Assembly: GCA_947425785.1 (NCBI GenBank)
Contig: CANEAY010000004.1
Location: 66,960-130,959, forward strand
Direction of reading: 5' to 3'
From: an uncultured Pseudoflavonifractor sp.
GTDB taxonomy: Bacteria; Bacillota; Clostridia; Oscillospirales; Oscillospiraceae
Length of the DNA: 64,000 bases
Shown in pieces: positions 1 through 10,192 of the stretch. The stretch's first letter is position 1. The number at the start of each line of letters is the position of its first letter. Below the pieces are notes generated by a model, which made no database searches, had not been told where the DNA came from, and worked only from the letters and a program-made list of their open reading frames with translations. The translations under genes and the position numbers were made by a program.

Positions 1-236
1 TCCCGGCTGGTCTTCTCCGCCACCGGCTCCCCGTCCAGCAGGTAGGTGCCCCGGGTGGGAATGTCCAGACAGCCCAGAATGTTCATCATGGTGGACTTGC
101 CGGAGCCGGAGGTGCCGATAATGGCCACAAACTCCCCCTGGTCGATGGTGAGGGACACCCCGTCCAGGGCGTTGACCTGGCTCTCCCGGCCCTCGTTATA
201 GATCTTATAGACATCTTTAATTTCAATCAGGCTCAT
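1..236 (-). CDS. ABC transporter ATP-binding protein, MacB/LolD/YknY-like (5' part only; runs off the window start)
   Basis: Hand translation from ATG at 236: [58 protein letters not shown], with Walker [10 protein letters not shown]. Lies directly downstream of a membrane fusion protein. Confidence 0.92.
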   Translation of the reverse strand, partial: MSLIEIKDVYKIYNEGRESQVNALDGVSLTIDQGEFVAIIGTSGSGKSTMMNILGCLDIPTRGTYLLDGEPVAEKTSR

Positions 237-250
237 ATCCGTATCCTCCT

Positions 251-2062
251 TTACGATCTTCTGCCGCCGGGCATACCGCTGCCGCCGCCAAAGTTAGGCA
301 TTCCGCCCCCGCCGCCGAAGCTGGGCATCCCGCCGCCGCTGAAATCGCCGCCGGGGAAGGAGAACTCCTCCTGGCCGGACTTGCTGGTGGTGTCGCCCCC
401 GGAGGGGGCGGTGTTTTGATAGCGGGTAAATACCTCCACATCCTGCTCCACCCCGGAGAGGATCCGGGCATACCGGCTGTTGGTAGCGCCTATCTCCACC
501 GGGACGGCATAGAAGCCGTCGGGGACGGTACCCTCCTCCAGCTCAATGGCGTTGTCGGGCTTCTCCTCCGCCTTCACAAAAAGACAGGTACCCTCTTCGG
601 TGGACTTGAGGGCCGAGAGGGGAGCCAGCACCCCCTCCTCCGCATCTCCAATGTCGATGTAATAGGACACATTGACCCCGGCGGACAGAGCCCCCTCCGC
701 GGGGATGGTGATGACGATGGGGAAATAGGCGACCCCGTTGGAGTTGGTGGCCTCGTAGCTAATTTCGGTGATGGTGCCGGTGTAGGTCTCCCCGCTGCCG
801 GAGCCCGACTTGACAATGCGCACCGGCATATCCTTGGAAATGCTGTTAAAGTCCAGCTCGTCAATGTTGGCGCTTATTTCCATCACATCCAGGTTATAGA
901 CCGTCACCGCTGTCATGCCCTGCCGGGGGACCTCCCCCTCCCGGACATTGACCATGATGACCTTGCCGTCGATCTCGCTGTGGACCTCGTAGTCCCCCCG
1001 CTTCTCCTCGGTCTCGGCCATCCGCTCCTGGAGCTTGGCGATGCTCTCCTGTGTCCGGGCGATCCGTTCCCTAAGGTCGGCAAGCTGTTCCTGATAGTCC
1101 TCTCCGTCAATGGTGAGCAGGGTCTGCCCGGCGGTCACATCCTGATAGGCCTTCACGCCCACCGAGAGCACCTCCCCGCCGGCCTGGGCGGTGACGGTCT
1201 CCCTGTCGTAATACTCCAGCTCCCCCTCCACGGCGGGATAGAGCTTCTCCCCGCTCCCGGCGGTGAGCCAGGCCGCCCCGGTCATGCCCTCGGTGAGGGC
1301 GCCGGGATTGTCCACTGTGATGGTGACAGCAAAGGTCTTCGTCCCCTCGGCGGTCACCCGGCTGACCTTGTCGATCTCGGTGACCGTCCCCTCAAAGGTA
1401 CGCATCAGGCTGGGGATGGACAGCCCCGCCGCCATGCCCACATAGATGTCGCCCTCATAGGCGTAGCTGAAGTATTCGGTGAGGCGCATTTTGCTGTCAT
1501 CCACGATGAGGGCCGCCTTGGCGCCGCTTTGCACCTTGTCCCCGGCCTCCACATCCAGCTCGGTGACCCGCCCGGAGATGGGGGCGGTCACCGTCAGATC
1601 AGCAATGGTGTCCTGCAAGTCCTCCACCTGGTCATAGTAGCCGCTGATCTGCTCCTGGTAGCTGTCGATCTGCTCCTGGTATTCATCCAGCTGCTCGTCC
1701 AGCTCGGTGTCGTCCTGGGTGTAGAGGAGCTGTCCCGCCGTCACCGTATCCCCGGCGGAGACGAACACCCCGGTGATCTTGCTCTCCGAGGAGGCCGCCG
1801 AGACGGTGTAGCTGTCCGCCGGCATGGTGGTGCCTGTGCCCTCCAGGGTGGTGGCCAGAGAGCCGTAGGTGGTGGTCTCGGTGAGGGCCACCCGCTCCTC
1901 CTCTGTGAAAAACACCGTCTTGACCCCGAAGGCCACCCCTCCCAAAAGGGAAAATACCACAGCCAGACAGAGAAGCCGCTTCACCAGCTTCCTTCCGGGC
2001 TTCGGGGCCTTCCTGGTTCCGGTCTCTGTGGAAACCGTTCGTTGTTCTGTTGCCATAGCCAT
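251..2062 (-). CDS. Efflux RND/ABC periplasmic adaptor (HlyD/MacA/YknX-like membrane fusion protein)
   Basis: One N-terminal TM helix, repeated biotinyl-lipoyl-like segments ([23 protein letters not shown]), coiled-coil hairpins and a Gly-rich C-tail. Start could be 2056 or 2062. Confidence 0.88.
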   Translation of the reverse strand: MAMATEQRTVSTETGTRKAPKPGRKLVKRLLCLAVVFSLLGGVAFGVKTVFFTEEERVALTETTTYGSLATTLEGTGTTMPADSYTVSAASSESKITGVFVSAGDTVTAGQLLYTQDDTELDEQLDEYQEQIDSYQEQISGYYDQVEDLQDTIADLTVTAPISGRVTELDVEAGDKVQSGAKAALIVDDSKMRLTEYFSYAYEGDIYVGMAAGLSIPSLMRTFEGTVTEIDKVSRVTAEGTKTFAVTITVDNPGALTEGMTGAAWLTAGSGEKLYPAVEGELEYYDRETVTAQAGGEVLSVGVKAYQDVTAGQTLLTIDGEDYQEQLADLRERIARTQESIAKLQERMAETEEKRGDYEVHSEIDGKVIMVNVREGEVPRQGMTAVTVYNLDVMEISANIDELDFNSISKDMPVRIVKSGSGSGETYTGTITEISYEATNSNGVAYFPIVITIPAEGALSAGVNVSYYIDIGDAEEGVLAPLSALKSTEEGTCLFVKAEEKPDNAIELEEGTVPDGFYAVPVEIGATNSRYARILSGVEQDVEVFTRYQNTAPSGGDTTSKSGQEEFSFPGGDFSGGGMPSFGGGGGMPNFGGGSGMPGGRRS

Positions 2063-2144
2063 AGCCTCCTGTTGTTTTTTACCTCGGGATGGAGTATAAA
2101 CCGCAGACCCAAAATGTACCTGAAAAAGAACAGGAAAAAATTAT

Positions 2145-2184
2145 AAAAACCGCCGCCGGCCACATTTGGCCGGCGGCGGTTTTG
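2145..2184. terminator. Intrinsic terminator of the response regulator-kinase operon (bidirectional shape)
   Basis: aaaaccgccgccggcca-cat-t-tggccggcggcggtttt hairpin with A/T tracts on both sides. Confidence 0.85.
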
Positions 2185-2194
2185 TATTCCTATA

Positions 2195-3436
2195 TCAAAT
2201 GCGGACGGTAAAGGTGATCCCTCCCTTTTCCATGCGGGCTTTTATACTGCCTCCGCAGGCTTCCGCCGTGGCCTTGGCAATGGATAGCCCCACGCCGGTG
2301 CCCCCGGTCTGGACGCTGCGGGAGGTATCCGGACGGTAAAACCGGTCAAAGAGCCTGTCCACATCTCCCATGGCCGCTGTGTCGCAGGTGTTGAACACCT
2401 CAATTTGTATCCTGCCGTTTACCCGCTGTGCGGACAGGCGGATGGCCCCGCCCTCATCCGAATATTTTACCGCATTGTCCAGCAGGATGGACACCATCTG
2501 CTGGATGGCCGCCCGGTCTCCATGAAAGGAAAGCCCATCCCCAATGGACTGGCTATAGGTCTTCCCCTTGGCCAGGGCCGTGGCCTGCACAGGCTCGGCG
2601 ATCTCCCAGACGGCGTCGCTCAGGGAAAAATCCACCGGCTCCGGGAAGGGCCGCTCCTCATCCAAACGGGACAGCTTCACCAGATCGTTCACCAGCCTGG
2701 TCATGCGGGCGCACTCCGACTGAATGGTCTCCACCCACTCGTTTCCGGGCACATCCTCCTTCAGGATGTCCGCACAGGCCGATATGGCGGTCATGGGGGT
2801 CTTCAGCTCATGGCTGGCGTCGGTGATAAACCGCTTTTGGGTCTCGATATTCCTGACATAGGGCGCGATGGCCCGCCTGGAAAAGAGGAGCACCAACACA
2901 AACACCGCAACGGAGGCGGCGGCGGCCACCACCACCGACACCAGCAGCAGGGTCTGCATGGCCTGGATATTTTGTTCCGAGTTCAGAAAGAGGACGATGC
3001 TGCCCCCCTCCACCTCCTGCTTCAAATAGCGGTAGCCGTTGAAGTAGCCGGAGTCCTTCCCGCTTTTGGCAACGGTCTCCCCCCATTGGGCGGCGGTCTC
3101 CCTGGTGACCGACGCGATAAATTCCCGGTCGGTGTCCGTGGCCGCGCCGGTCTCATCACAACGGACAGAAAAGAAGCGGAGGGTGTAGCGAAATTCCGGA
3201 GAATCCCCGCCAAAGGGGCCGGGCATGGGGAAATGCTGTTCCCGCTCCCCCTGTTCCCGTTCCCCCTGATGCGGAAATTGTACTTCCCGTTCGCAGAGCC
3301 TCAGCAGGGCCTCATCCTGCCGCAGGGTATTGATGTGGTAGTTCCACAGGTTCATCCCGCCCACCAGCAGCACCACCACAGCCGTATAGGCGGACATGGC
3401 GGCGGCGATAAACCTCCAGCGCAGTTTCTTCAGCAT
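2195..3436 (-). CDS. Sensor histidine kinase (HisKA + HATPase)
   Basis: H-box FITDASHELKTP, N-box ILLDNAVKY, FDRFYR, G-box GGTGVGLSIAK, two TM segments. Confidence 0.95.
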   Translation of the reverse strand: MLKKLRWRFIAAAMSAYTAVVVLLVGGMNLWNYHINTLRQDEALLRLCEREVQFPHQGEREQGEREQHFPMPGPFGGDSPEFRYTLRFFSVRCDETGAATDTDREFIASVTRETAAQWGETVAKSGKDSGYFNGYRYLKQEVEGGSIVLFLNSEQNIQAMQTLLLVSVVVAAAASVAVFVLVLLFSRRAIAPYVRNIETQKRFITDASHELKTPMTAISACADILKEDVPGNEWVETIQSECARMTRLVNDLVKLSRLDEERPFPEPVDFSLSDAVWEIAEPVQATALAKGKTYSQSIGDGLSFHGDRAAIQQMVSILLDNAVKYSDEGGAIRLSAQRVNGRIQIEVFNTCDTAAMGDVDRLFDRFYRPDTSRSVQTGGTGVGLSIAKATAEACGGSIKARMEKGGITFTVRI

Positions 3437-4107
3437 GGCACTTCCTCCAGCGTATACCCCACGCCCCGGATGGTCTTGATCTCAATATTTGCCCCCAGCA
3501 GCTTCAACTTTTTGCGCAGAAATCCGATGTAAGTCCACACCACATCCATCTCGGCCTCGCTGTCCAGCCCCCAGACCTTCTCCATCAGAAGCTCGGTGGA
3601 AAACACCTGCTTGGGACTGCGGAGAAAAAGCTCCATGAGCTGGTACTCCTTATTGCCCAGCCGCTCCTGCCCCTCCCCGACCCCGAGGGCGTAGCTGCCC
3701 GTATCCAGCGTCACATTGCCCAGGGTGAGCTGGGCGGGCATACAGTCCCCCCGGCGGCGGGTCAGCGCCCGGACCCGGGCCAAAAACTCCGCCGTGGCAA
3801 AGGGCTTGGGCAGATAGTCGTCCGCCCCCGCGTCCAATCCCACCACCCGGTCCTCAATTTCCGCCTTTGCCGTGAGAAACAGGGCCGGCGTGGCGATCCC
3901 CTTTGCCCGGGCCTCCCGCAGGACCGAGACCCCATCCATTCCCGGCATCATAATGTCCAGGATCAGCGCGTCATACTGCACCTCTAAAATGTAAGCCAGC
4001 GCGTCTGTGCCGTTGTGGACCATATCCACGGCATACTTATTCCGCTCCAGCAGAGCCTTCAGGGCCTTGGCAATGGCCGCCTCGTCCTCCGCGATCAGGA
4101 TCCGCAT
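3430..4107 (-). CDS. OmpR-family response regulator
   Basis: MRILIAEDE, LDIMMPGMDG, GADDYLPKPF and winged helix IKTIRGVGY; overlaps the kinase start. Confidence 0.96.
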   Translation of the reverse strand: MRILIAEDEAAIAKALKALLERNKYAVDMVHNGTDALAYILEVQYDALILDIMMPGMDGVSVLREARAKGIATPALFLTAKAEIEDRVVGLDAGADDYLPKPFATAEFLARVRALTRRRGDCMPAQLTLGNVTLDTGSYALGVGEGQERLGNKEYQLMELFLRSPKQVFSTELLMEKVWGLDSEAEMDVVWTYIGFLRKKLKLLGANIEIKTIRGVGYTLEEVPC

Positions 4108-4127
4108 CTCATATCACCTCTGGCGTC

Positions 4128-4161
4128 AGCATAGCAAAGCAGCTTGAAATGAAGTTGAAAT
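4128..4161 (-). promoter_or_regulatory. Promoter of the response regulator with tandem OmpR-type repeats
   Basis: TTGAAAT at 4144-4150 and 4155-4161 (11-bp period) upstream of a minus-strand -10 TATGCT (4128-4133). Confidence 0.55.
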
Positions 4162-4282
4162 CACAGGGACATTTTATCAAATTTCTGCCGAAAAAGACAG
4201 GATGGCAGCAAATATTTACAATTCCTTCACGGAGCCTTCCGCTCCGCGGCCGGCAGAGCCTTTTCCCCTGCCGTCCTCCCCG

Positions 4283-4696
4283 TCACAAAACCATAAACAG
4301 CGTCCCTGCCCCGATCAGCACACAGCCCACCACAGATCTCCAGGTGGCCTGCTCATGCAAAAAGACAAAGGCCAGGATCAGCGTGATCACAACGCTCAGC
4401 TTGTCAATGGGCACCACCTTGGAAGCCTCTCCCATCTGCAGCGCCTTATAATAGCAAAGCCACGAAGCGCCGGTGGCCAGCCCGGACAGGATGAGGAAGA
4501 GCCAGCTTCTTTTGCTGATCTCCCCCAGTCCGCTCTGGGCTCCCGTGATGAATACCATCCCCCACGCCATGGCAAGCACCACCACCGTCCGCAGCGCGGT
4601 GGCCAGATTGGAATTGACCCCATCGATCCCGACCTTGGCCAGGATTGAGGTCAGACCCGCGAACAGCGCCGATCCAAAGGCTAATATGGCCCACAT
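4283..4696 (-). CDS. EamA/DMT family small transporter (single EamA domain)
   Basis: 137 aa hydrophobic protein with LATGASWLCYYKALQMGEASKVVPIDKLSVV. Confidence 0.9.
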   Translation of the reverse strand: MWAILAFGSALFAGLTSILAKVGIDGVNSNLATALRTVVVLAMAWGMVFITGAQSGLGEISKRSWLFLILSGLATGASWLCYYKALQMGEASKVVPIDKLSVVITLILAFVFLHEQATWRSVVGCVLIGAGTLFMVL

Positions 4697-4764
4697 AGCG
4701 CACGCACCTCCTTGTGCTTATATGATGCGCCCACCGCCTCCCCATGTCAAGACAAAGCGTCGGT

Positions 4765-4831
4765 TTTACACAGATTTTACAAGACCTTTACCCTTTCCCG
4801 GTAGCCCGGCCGCCGCCAAAATTGGTATAAT
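4765..4831 (+). promoter_or_regulatory. Pho-box-like tandem repeats and extended -10 promoter of the Na/Pi cotransporter
   Basis: TTTACA 4765, TTTACA 4776, TTTACC 4787 (11-bp period); TG-g-TATAAT at 4823-4831. Fits the Firmicute PhoP TT(A/T/C)ACA repeat pattern. Confidence 0.7.
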
Positions 4832-4880
4832 CATGCCGAACTGGAGACCCTATACGATATCGACCCAAGGAGTGTTTGAT

Positions 4881-6632
4881 ATGGACATTTTCTCCCTCAT
4901 CACCCTCATCGGCGGCCTGGCCTTCTTCCTCTACGGCATGAGCGTCCTCTCCAGCGGCCTGGAGCGGATGGCCGGCGGCAAGCTGGAGGCCATGCTGAAG
5001 AGCGTGACCTCCAACCGCTTCAAGTGTCTGCTCCTGGGGGCGGCAGTCACCGCCGCCATCCAGTCCTCCTCCGCCGTGACCGTCATGCTGGTGGGCCTTG
5101 TGAACTCCGGCATCATGGGCATCGGCCAGACCATCGGCATCATCATGGGTTCCAACATCGGCACCACCATGACCGCCTGGCTCCTGACCCTGGTGGGCAT
5201 CCAGTCGGACAATGTGCTCATCAGCCTGATGAAGCCGGAGAACTTCTCCCTCCTCTTCGCCTTCGCTGGCGTTTTGATGATCATGGGCGCCAAGAGCGCC
5301 CGGAAGAAGGATGTGGGCAATATCCTGGTGGGCTTCGCCGTGCTCATGTACGGCATGAAGCTCATGTCCACGGCGGTGAAGCCCCTGGCCGAGCTGCCCG
5401 CCTTCACCCGGCTGCTGACCATGTTTGAAAATCCCCTGCTGGGCGTACTGGCCGGCGTGCTCATCACCGCCATCATCCAGAGCTCCTCCGCCTCCGTGGG
5501 CATCCTCCAGGCCCTGGCCCTCACCGGGGCGGTGAGCTACGGCGCCGCCGTCCCCATCATCATGGGCCAGAACATCGGAACCTGTGTCACCGCCCTCATC
5601 TCCAGTATCGGCGTGAGCAAAAACGCCAAAAAGGTGGCGGTAGTCCACGTCAGCTTTAACCTCATCGGCACCGCCGTCTGTCTCACCCTCTATTGTCTCG
5701 CCAACGCGGCCTTTCACCTGGAGATCACCGGCCGGCCCATTGACGCCGTGGGCATCGCCGTAGTCCATACGGCCTTCAACGTCTTCACCACCGCCATCCT
5801 GCTCCCCTTTACCAAGGCTCTGGAGGCCCTGGCCAACCGCATCCTGCCCGAGACCGCCCAGGAGACGCCCGCCCACCTTCTGGATCCCCGCCTGCTGGCC
5901 ACCCCCTCGGTGGCCATCTCCGAGTGCGACGCCCTGGCAAACCAGATGTCCGCCATGGCGGCGGACACCCTCAAGGACACCCTGGCCCTGCTGGACCGCT
6001 TTGACGAGGCGGCGGCCCAGAACATCCTCTCCGCCGAGAACACCCTGGACCGCTACGAGGATGAGCTGGGCACCTGCCTTGTCCAGCTCTCCTCCAAGCG
6101 GCTCAGCGAGGAGGACTCCCTGAAGGTCTCCAAGACCCTCCACGCCATTGGAGACTTTGAGCGGCTGGGCGACCACGCCGTCAATCTTCTGCGGGCCGTC
6201 CGGGAGCTTCACAGCAAGGGCCTCCACTTCTCCGACCCCGCCCGGCGGGAGCTGGCCGTCCTGCGGGGCGCCATCCTGGAGATCCTCTCCCTGGCCGGCC
6301 TGGCATACCGGGACAACGACCTGCTCACCGCCATGGAGGTGGAGCCTCTGGAACAGCGCATCGACCAGCTGGTGGACGAGCTGAAGGGCAAGCACATCAA
6401 GCGCCTTCAGTCGGGAGAGTGCTCCATTGAGCTGGGCTTCATCCTCTCCGACATCCTGAACAACCTGGAGCGGGTCTCCGACCACTGCTCCAACATCGCC
6501 GTGGCCGTCATCGAACTGGCCCACAGCTCCTTCGACACCCACAAATACCTCAGCGGCATCCGCTCCGACAACGAGCGCTACAAGGAGTCCTTTGCGCTCT
6601 TTTCCCTCAAGTATCAACTGCCCGGCGTGTGA
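4881..6632 (+). CDS. Na/Pi cotransporter family protein with C-terminal PhoU-like domains
   Basis: Starts MDIFSLITLIGGLAFFLYGM after a GGAG RBS; duplicated QSSSA motifs, GSNIGTT/GQNIGT, and PhoU-like DFERLGDHAVN and LERVSDHCSNIA. Confidence 0.93.
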   Translation: MDIFSLITLIGGLAFFLYGMSVLSSGLERMAGGKLEAMLKSVTSNRFKCLLLGAAVTAAIQSSSAVTVMLVGLVNSGIMGIGQTIGIIMGSNIGTTMTAWLLTLVGIQSDNVLISLMKPENFSLLFAFAGVLMIMGAKSARKKDVGNILVGFAVLMYGMKLMSTAVKPLAELPAFTRLLTMFENPLLGVLAGVLITAIIQSSSASVGILQALALTGAVSYGAAVPIIMGQNIGTCVTALISSIGVSKNAKKVAVVHVSFNLIGTAVCLTLYCLANAAFHLEITGRPIDAVGIAVVHTAFNVFTTAILLPFTKALEALANRILPETAQETPAHLLDPRLLATPSVAISECDALANQMSAMAADTLKDTLALLDRFDEAAAQNILSAENTLDRYEDELGTCLVQLSSKRLSEEDSLKVSKTLHAIGDFERLGDHAVNLLRAVRELHSKGLHFSDPARRELAVLRGAILEILSLAGLAYRDNDLLTAMEVEPLEQRIDQLVDELKGKHIKRLQSGECSIELGFILSDILNNLERVSDHCSNIAVAVIELAHSSFDTHKYLSGIRSDNERYKESFALFSLKYQLPGV

Positions 6633-6635
6633 TTT

Positions 6636-6691
6636 TTTACCCATTCTTTACCATATCGCGCAGGACAACTTTACAAAGGGTCTTGTATACT
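6636..6691 (+). promoter_or_regulatory. Pho-box-like repeats and -10 of the pstS promoter
   Basis: TTTACC 6636, TTTACC 6647, TTTACA 6670; -10 TATACT at 6686-6691. Confidence 0.7.
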
Positions 6692-6740
6692 GAAGCCGTA
6701 CCCAAAAATCAAAACAAAATGTGATGGGAGACGATTCAGT

Positions 6741-7595
6741 ATGAAAAAGAACATCCTTGCCCTGGCCCTGCCTGCGGTGATGTGCGCAGTGGCCCTGTCC
6801 GCCTGCGGCGCCCAGCCCTCCGGCAGCCCCGCCCCCGATGGCAAGCCCACCCAGGCCCAGCTCACCGGCACGGTGGTCACCAACGGCTCCACCTCCATGG
6901 AGAAGGTCATGGGCGCCCTTATTGAGGGCTTCCGGGAGCTGGAAGGGGGCATCACGGTGACCTACGAACCCACCGGCTCCGGCTCCGGCATCGAGGCCGC
7001 TTCCAACGGTTCGGCGGACATCGGCCTGGCCTCCCGCAGCCTGAAGGACGCCGAAAAGACCGATCTCACCGAGGTGGTGGTGGCCAAGGACGGCATCGCC
7101 ATCGTGGTGAACACGGCCAACGCCGTGGAGGATCTGACCGTGGAGCAGGTGGCGGCCATCGCCAGAGGAGAGCTCACCAACTGGAGCGAGCTGGGCGGTG
7201 CTGACGAGGCCATCGCCTTCATTGGGCGGGAGGCGGGCTCCGGCACCCGGGGGGCCTTTGAGGAGCTGACCGGGACGGAGGATGCCTGCCGGTACAGCCA
7301 GGAGCTGACCTCTACCGGCGCCGTGATCACCGCCGTGTCCACCACCCCCGGCGCCATCGGCTACGCCTCCCTGTCCAGCGTGGAGGACACGGTCAAGGCG
7401 GTGAAGATCGGCGGGGTGGCGTGCAGCGAGGCCACCGTTTTGGACGGCAGCTACGCCATTCAGAGGCCCTTCGTGTTCGCCATCCCCGCCGGCAAGGAGC
7501 TCTCCACAGCGGCCCAAGCCTTCTATGACTTTGCCGCCGACCCCGCCAACGCCGGGCTCTATACCCTGGCCGGCGTGGTTCCCGCCAACGGCTGA
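6741..7595 (+). CDS. pstS: Phosphate ABC transporter substrate-binding lipoprotein
   Basis: Lipobox LSAC, GSTSM, TGSGSGI, REAGSGTRGAF, YAIQRPF. Confidence 0.96.
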   Translation: MKKNILALALPAVMCAVALSACGAQPSGSPAPDGKPTQAQLTGTVVTNGSTSMEKVMGALIEGFRELEGGITVTYEPTGSGSGIEAASNGSADIGLASRSLKDAEKTDLTEVVVAKDGIAIVVNTANAVEDLTVEQVAAIARGELTNWSELGGADEAIAFIGREAGSGTRGAFEELTGTEDACRYSQELTSTGAVITAVSTTPGAIGYASLSSVEDTVKAVKIGGVACSEATVLDGSYAIQRPFVFAIPAGKELSTAAQAFYDFAADPANAGLYTLAGVVPANG

Positions 7596-7621
7596 GCCGG
7601 GCGGGCCGCTTCCCATAAAAG

Positions 7622-7657
7622 GGCCGGAACGCCCCAGTGACCCGGGCCGTTCCGGCC
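7622..7657 (+). other. Intercistronic stem-loop between pstS and pstC
   Basis: ggccggaacg ... cgttccggcc 10-bp inverted repeat with no U tract. That it stabilises the pstS part of the mRNA is an inference. Confidence 0.5.
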
Positions 7658-7678
7658 TGTCTAGAAGGAGACTTCTGC

Positions 7679-8578
7679 ATGGATGCACTTGAAGCAAAAT
7701 ATGCCGCCGCAAAGAGGTACTCGGAAACCGCCATGGGTCTTGTCTTCCTGCTTTGCGGTGTGCTGGCGGTGGCCTTTGTCCTTTTGATCTCGGCCTATCT
7801 GATCCTCTCCGGCCTGCCGGCCATCCGTGAGGTGGGTCTTTTGGACTTCCTCTTCGGCCCTGTCTGGGCCCCCACCCACAAAACGGAGCCCCAGTTCGGC
7901 ATCCTGCCCTTTATCCTCACCTCTGTCTACGGCACCGCCGGCGCCGTCGCCGTGGGCGTCCCGGTGGGCTTTCTCACCGCCATGTTTCTGTCCAAGCTGG
8001 CCCCCAGGAGGCTGGCGGCGGTGGTGCGCACCGCGGTGGATCTGCTCTCGGGCATCCCCAGCGTGGTCTACGGCCTGGTGGGCATGACGGTGCTGGTCCC
8101 CGCAGTGCGCAGGGTGTTCCGCCTGCCCTCCGGGGCCACCCTGCTGGCGGCCATCCTGGTACTGTCGGTGATGATCCTGCCCTCCATCATCTCCGTGTCG
8201 GAGACCGCCCTCAACGCCGTCCCCAGGGAGTATGAGGAGGCAAGCCTCGCCCTGGGGGCCACCGAGACCGAGACCTGGTTCCGGGTATCCGCCCCTGCCG
8301 CCTCCAGCGGCATCGCCGCAGCGGTGGTGCTGGGCATCGGCCGGGCCATCGGGGAGGCCATGGCCATCATGATGGTGGCGGGCAATGTAGCCAATATGCC
8401 GGGGCTATTCAAAAGCGTGCGCTTTCTCACCACCGCCATCGCCAGCGAGATGTCCTATGCCGGCGTGGGCTCCCTCCAGCGCAGCGCCCTCTATTCCATC
8501 GCCCTGGTGCTCTTCCTCTTCATCATGCTCATCAATGTGATCTTGAATCTCTGGTTCAAAAACAAGAGGGAGGGATAG
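7679..8578 (+). CDS. pstC: Phosphate ABC transporter permease
   Basis: DLLSGIPSVVYG, EAA loop EEASLALGAT, GRAIGEAMA; start moved to the ATG after a GAAGGAG RBS. Confidence 0.96.
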   Translation: MDALEAKYAAAKRYSETAMGLVFLLCGVLAVAFVLLISAYLILSGLPAIREVGLLDFLFGPVWAPTHKTEPQFGILPFILTSVYGTAGAVAVGVPVGFLTAMFLSKLAPRRLAAVVRTAVDLLSGIPSVVYGLVGMTVLVPAVRRVFRLPSGATLLAAILVLSVMILPSIISVSETALNAVPREYEEASLALGATETETWFRVSAPAASSGIAAAVVLGIGRAIGEAMAIMMVAGNVANMPGLFKSVRFLTTAIASEMSYAGVGSLQRSALYSIALVLFLFIMLINVILNLWFKNKREG

Positions 8579-8580
8579 GC

Positions 8581-9432
8581 TTGGAGCAGTTGTCCCTGCA
8601 CCGAAGGATGTATGACAGGGGCCTGCGGCTGCTGCTCCGGCTTGCCGCCGCATTGGTCTGTGCCCTGCTGGCGGGGCTCATCGGCGTGATCTTCCTCCAG
8701 GGCCTGCCCAACCTGACCTGGGCCATGCTCACCAGTGAGCCCAGCGTCATTCGCAATATCACGGGTATTCTGCCCAACATCCTCAACACCGTGGCCCTGG
8801 TGGCGGGCACCCTGCTCATCGCCCTGCCCCTGGGGGTGGGGGCCGCCATCTATCTCACCGAGTACGCCGCCAGCCATAGGCTTGCGGCGGTCATCGAGTT
8901 TGCCGCCGAGACCCTCACCGGCATCCCTTCCATCCTCTACGGCCTTGTGGGTATGCTGTTTTTCTGCCAGAAGCTGGGCTGGGGGAGCTCCATCCGGGCG
9001 GGCATCCTCACCCTGGTCATCATGATCCTGCCCACCATTGTCCGCACCACCCAGGAGAGTTTGAAGACAGTCCCCCAGTCCTACCGGGAGGCAGCTCTGG
9101 GCCTTGGCAGCGGCAAGTGGCGGATGATCCGCACGCTTGTGCTGCCCGCCTCGGTGGACGGCATCGTCACCGGCTGTATCCTGGCGGTGGGCCGCATCGT
9201 GGGGGAGTCGGCGGCCCTGCTGTACACCGCCGGGTCGGCGGCGGTGCTGGCCAGGAGCCTGGGGGAGCTGCTCACCACCTCCGGCGGCAGCCTCACCGTG
9301 GCCCTCTATATGTACTCCATGGAGCGGGGAAAGATCGAGGTGGGCTTTGCCATCGCCTCCATCCTCATGGTGCTGACCCTGCTCATCGACCTGTCGGCCA
9401 AGCTGGTGGGACGCAAGCTAAGGAGGAACTGA
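8581..9432 (+). CDS. pstA: Phosphate ABC transporter permease
   Basis: [33 protein letters not shown]; TTG start. Confidence 0.96.
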   Translation: MEQLSLHRRMYDRGLRLLLRLAAALVCALLAGLIGVIFLQGLPNLTWAMLTSEPSVIRNITGILPNILNTVALVAGTLLIALPLGVGAAIYLTEYAASHRLAAVIEFAAETLTGIPSILYGLVGMLFFCQKLGWGSSIRAGILTLVIMILPTIVRTTQESLKTVPQSYREAALGLGSGKWRMIRTLVLPASVDGIVTGCILAVGRIVGESAALLYTAGSAAVLARSLGELLTTSGGSLTVALYMYSMERGKIEVGFAIASILMVLTLLIDLSAKLVGRKLRRN

Positions 9433-9433
9433 T

Positions 9434-10186
9434 ATGGACATCCTCTCCACAAGGGGGCTGGATCTCTGGTACGGAGACAACCAGGCCTTGAAGCACATCG
9501 ACATGGACATCCCGGAACGGCAGGTCACGGCGCTCATCGGGCCCTCCGGCTGCGGCAAGTCCACCTTCCTCAAGACCCTGAACCGCATGAACGACCTTGT
9601 GCCCGCCGTCCGGGTGGAGGGCCTGGTGACCTACCGGGAGCGGGATATCTACGCCCCCGGGACGGATGTGACCTGGCTTCGCAGGCAGGTGGGTATGGTG
9701 TTCCAAAAGCCCAACCCCTTCCCCATGTCCATCTACGACAATATCGCCTACGGCCCCCGGATCCACGGGGTGCGAAGCAAGGCCAGGCTGGACGACATCG
9801 TGGAGCGCTCCCTGAAGGGCGCCGCCATCTGGGACGAAGTGAAGGACAGGCTGAAAAAGTCCGCCCTCTCCCTTTCCGGCGGCCAGCAGCAGCGCCTGTG
9901 CATCGCCCGGGCCCTGGCGGTGGAGCCCGACGTCCTGCTGATGGATGAGGCCACCTCCGCCCTGGATCCCATCTCCACCTCCAAGATCGAGGATCTGATC
10001 ACCGAGCTGAAGGAGCATTACACCATCATCATCGTCACCCACAATATGCAGCAGGCCACCCGCATCAGCGACACATGCGCCTTCTTCCTGCTGGGAGAGC
10101 TTATCGAGTTTGGGCAGACCACCCAAATGTTCTCCATGCCAAGGGACAAGCGCACGGAAGATTACATCACAGGAAGGTTTGGGTGA
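9434..10186 (+). CDS. pstB: Phosphate ABC transporter ATP-binding protein
   Basis: [49 protein letters not shown]. Confidence 0.98.
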   Translation: MDILSTRGLDLWYGDNQALKHIDMDIPERQVTALIGPSGCGKSTFLKTLNRMNDLVPAVRVEGLVTYRERDIYAPGTDVTWLRRQVGMVFQKPNPFPMSIYDNIAYGPRIHGVRSKARLDDIVERSLKGAAIWDEVKDRLKKSALSLSGGQQQRLCIARALAVEPDVLLMDEATSALDPISTSKIEDLITELKEHYTIIIVTHNMQQATRISDTCAFFLLGELIEFGQTTQMFSMPRDKRTEDYITGRFG

Positions 10187-10192
10187 TGGGAC

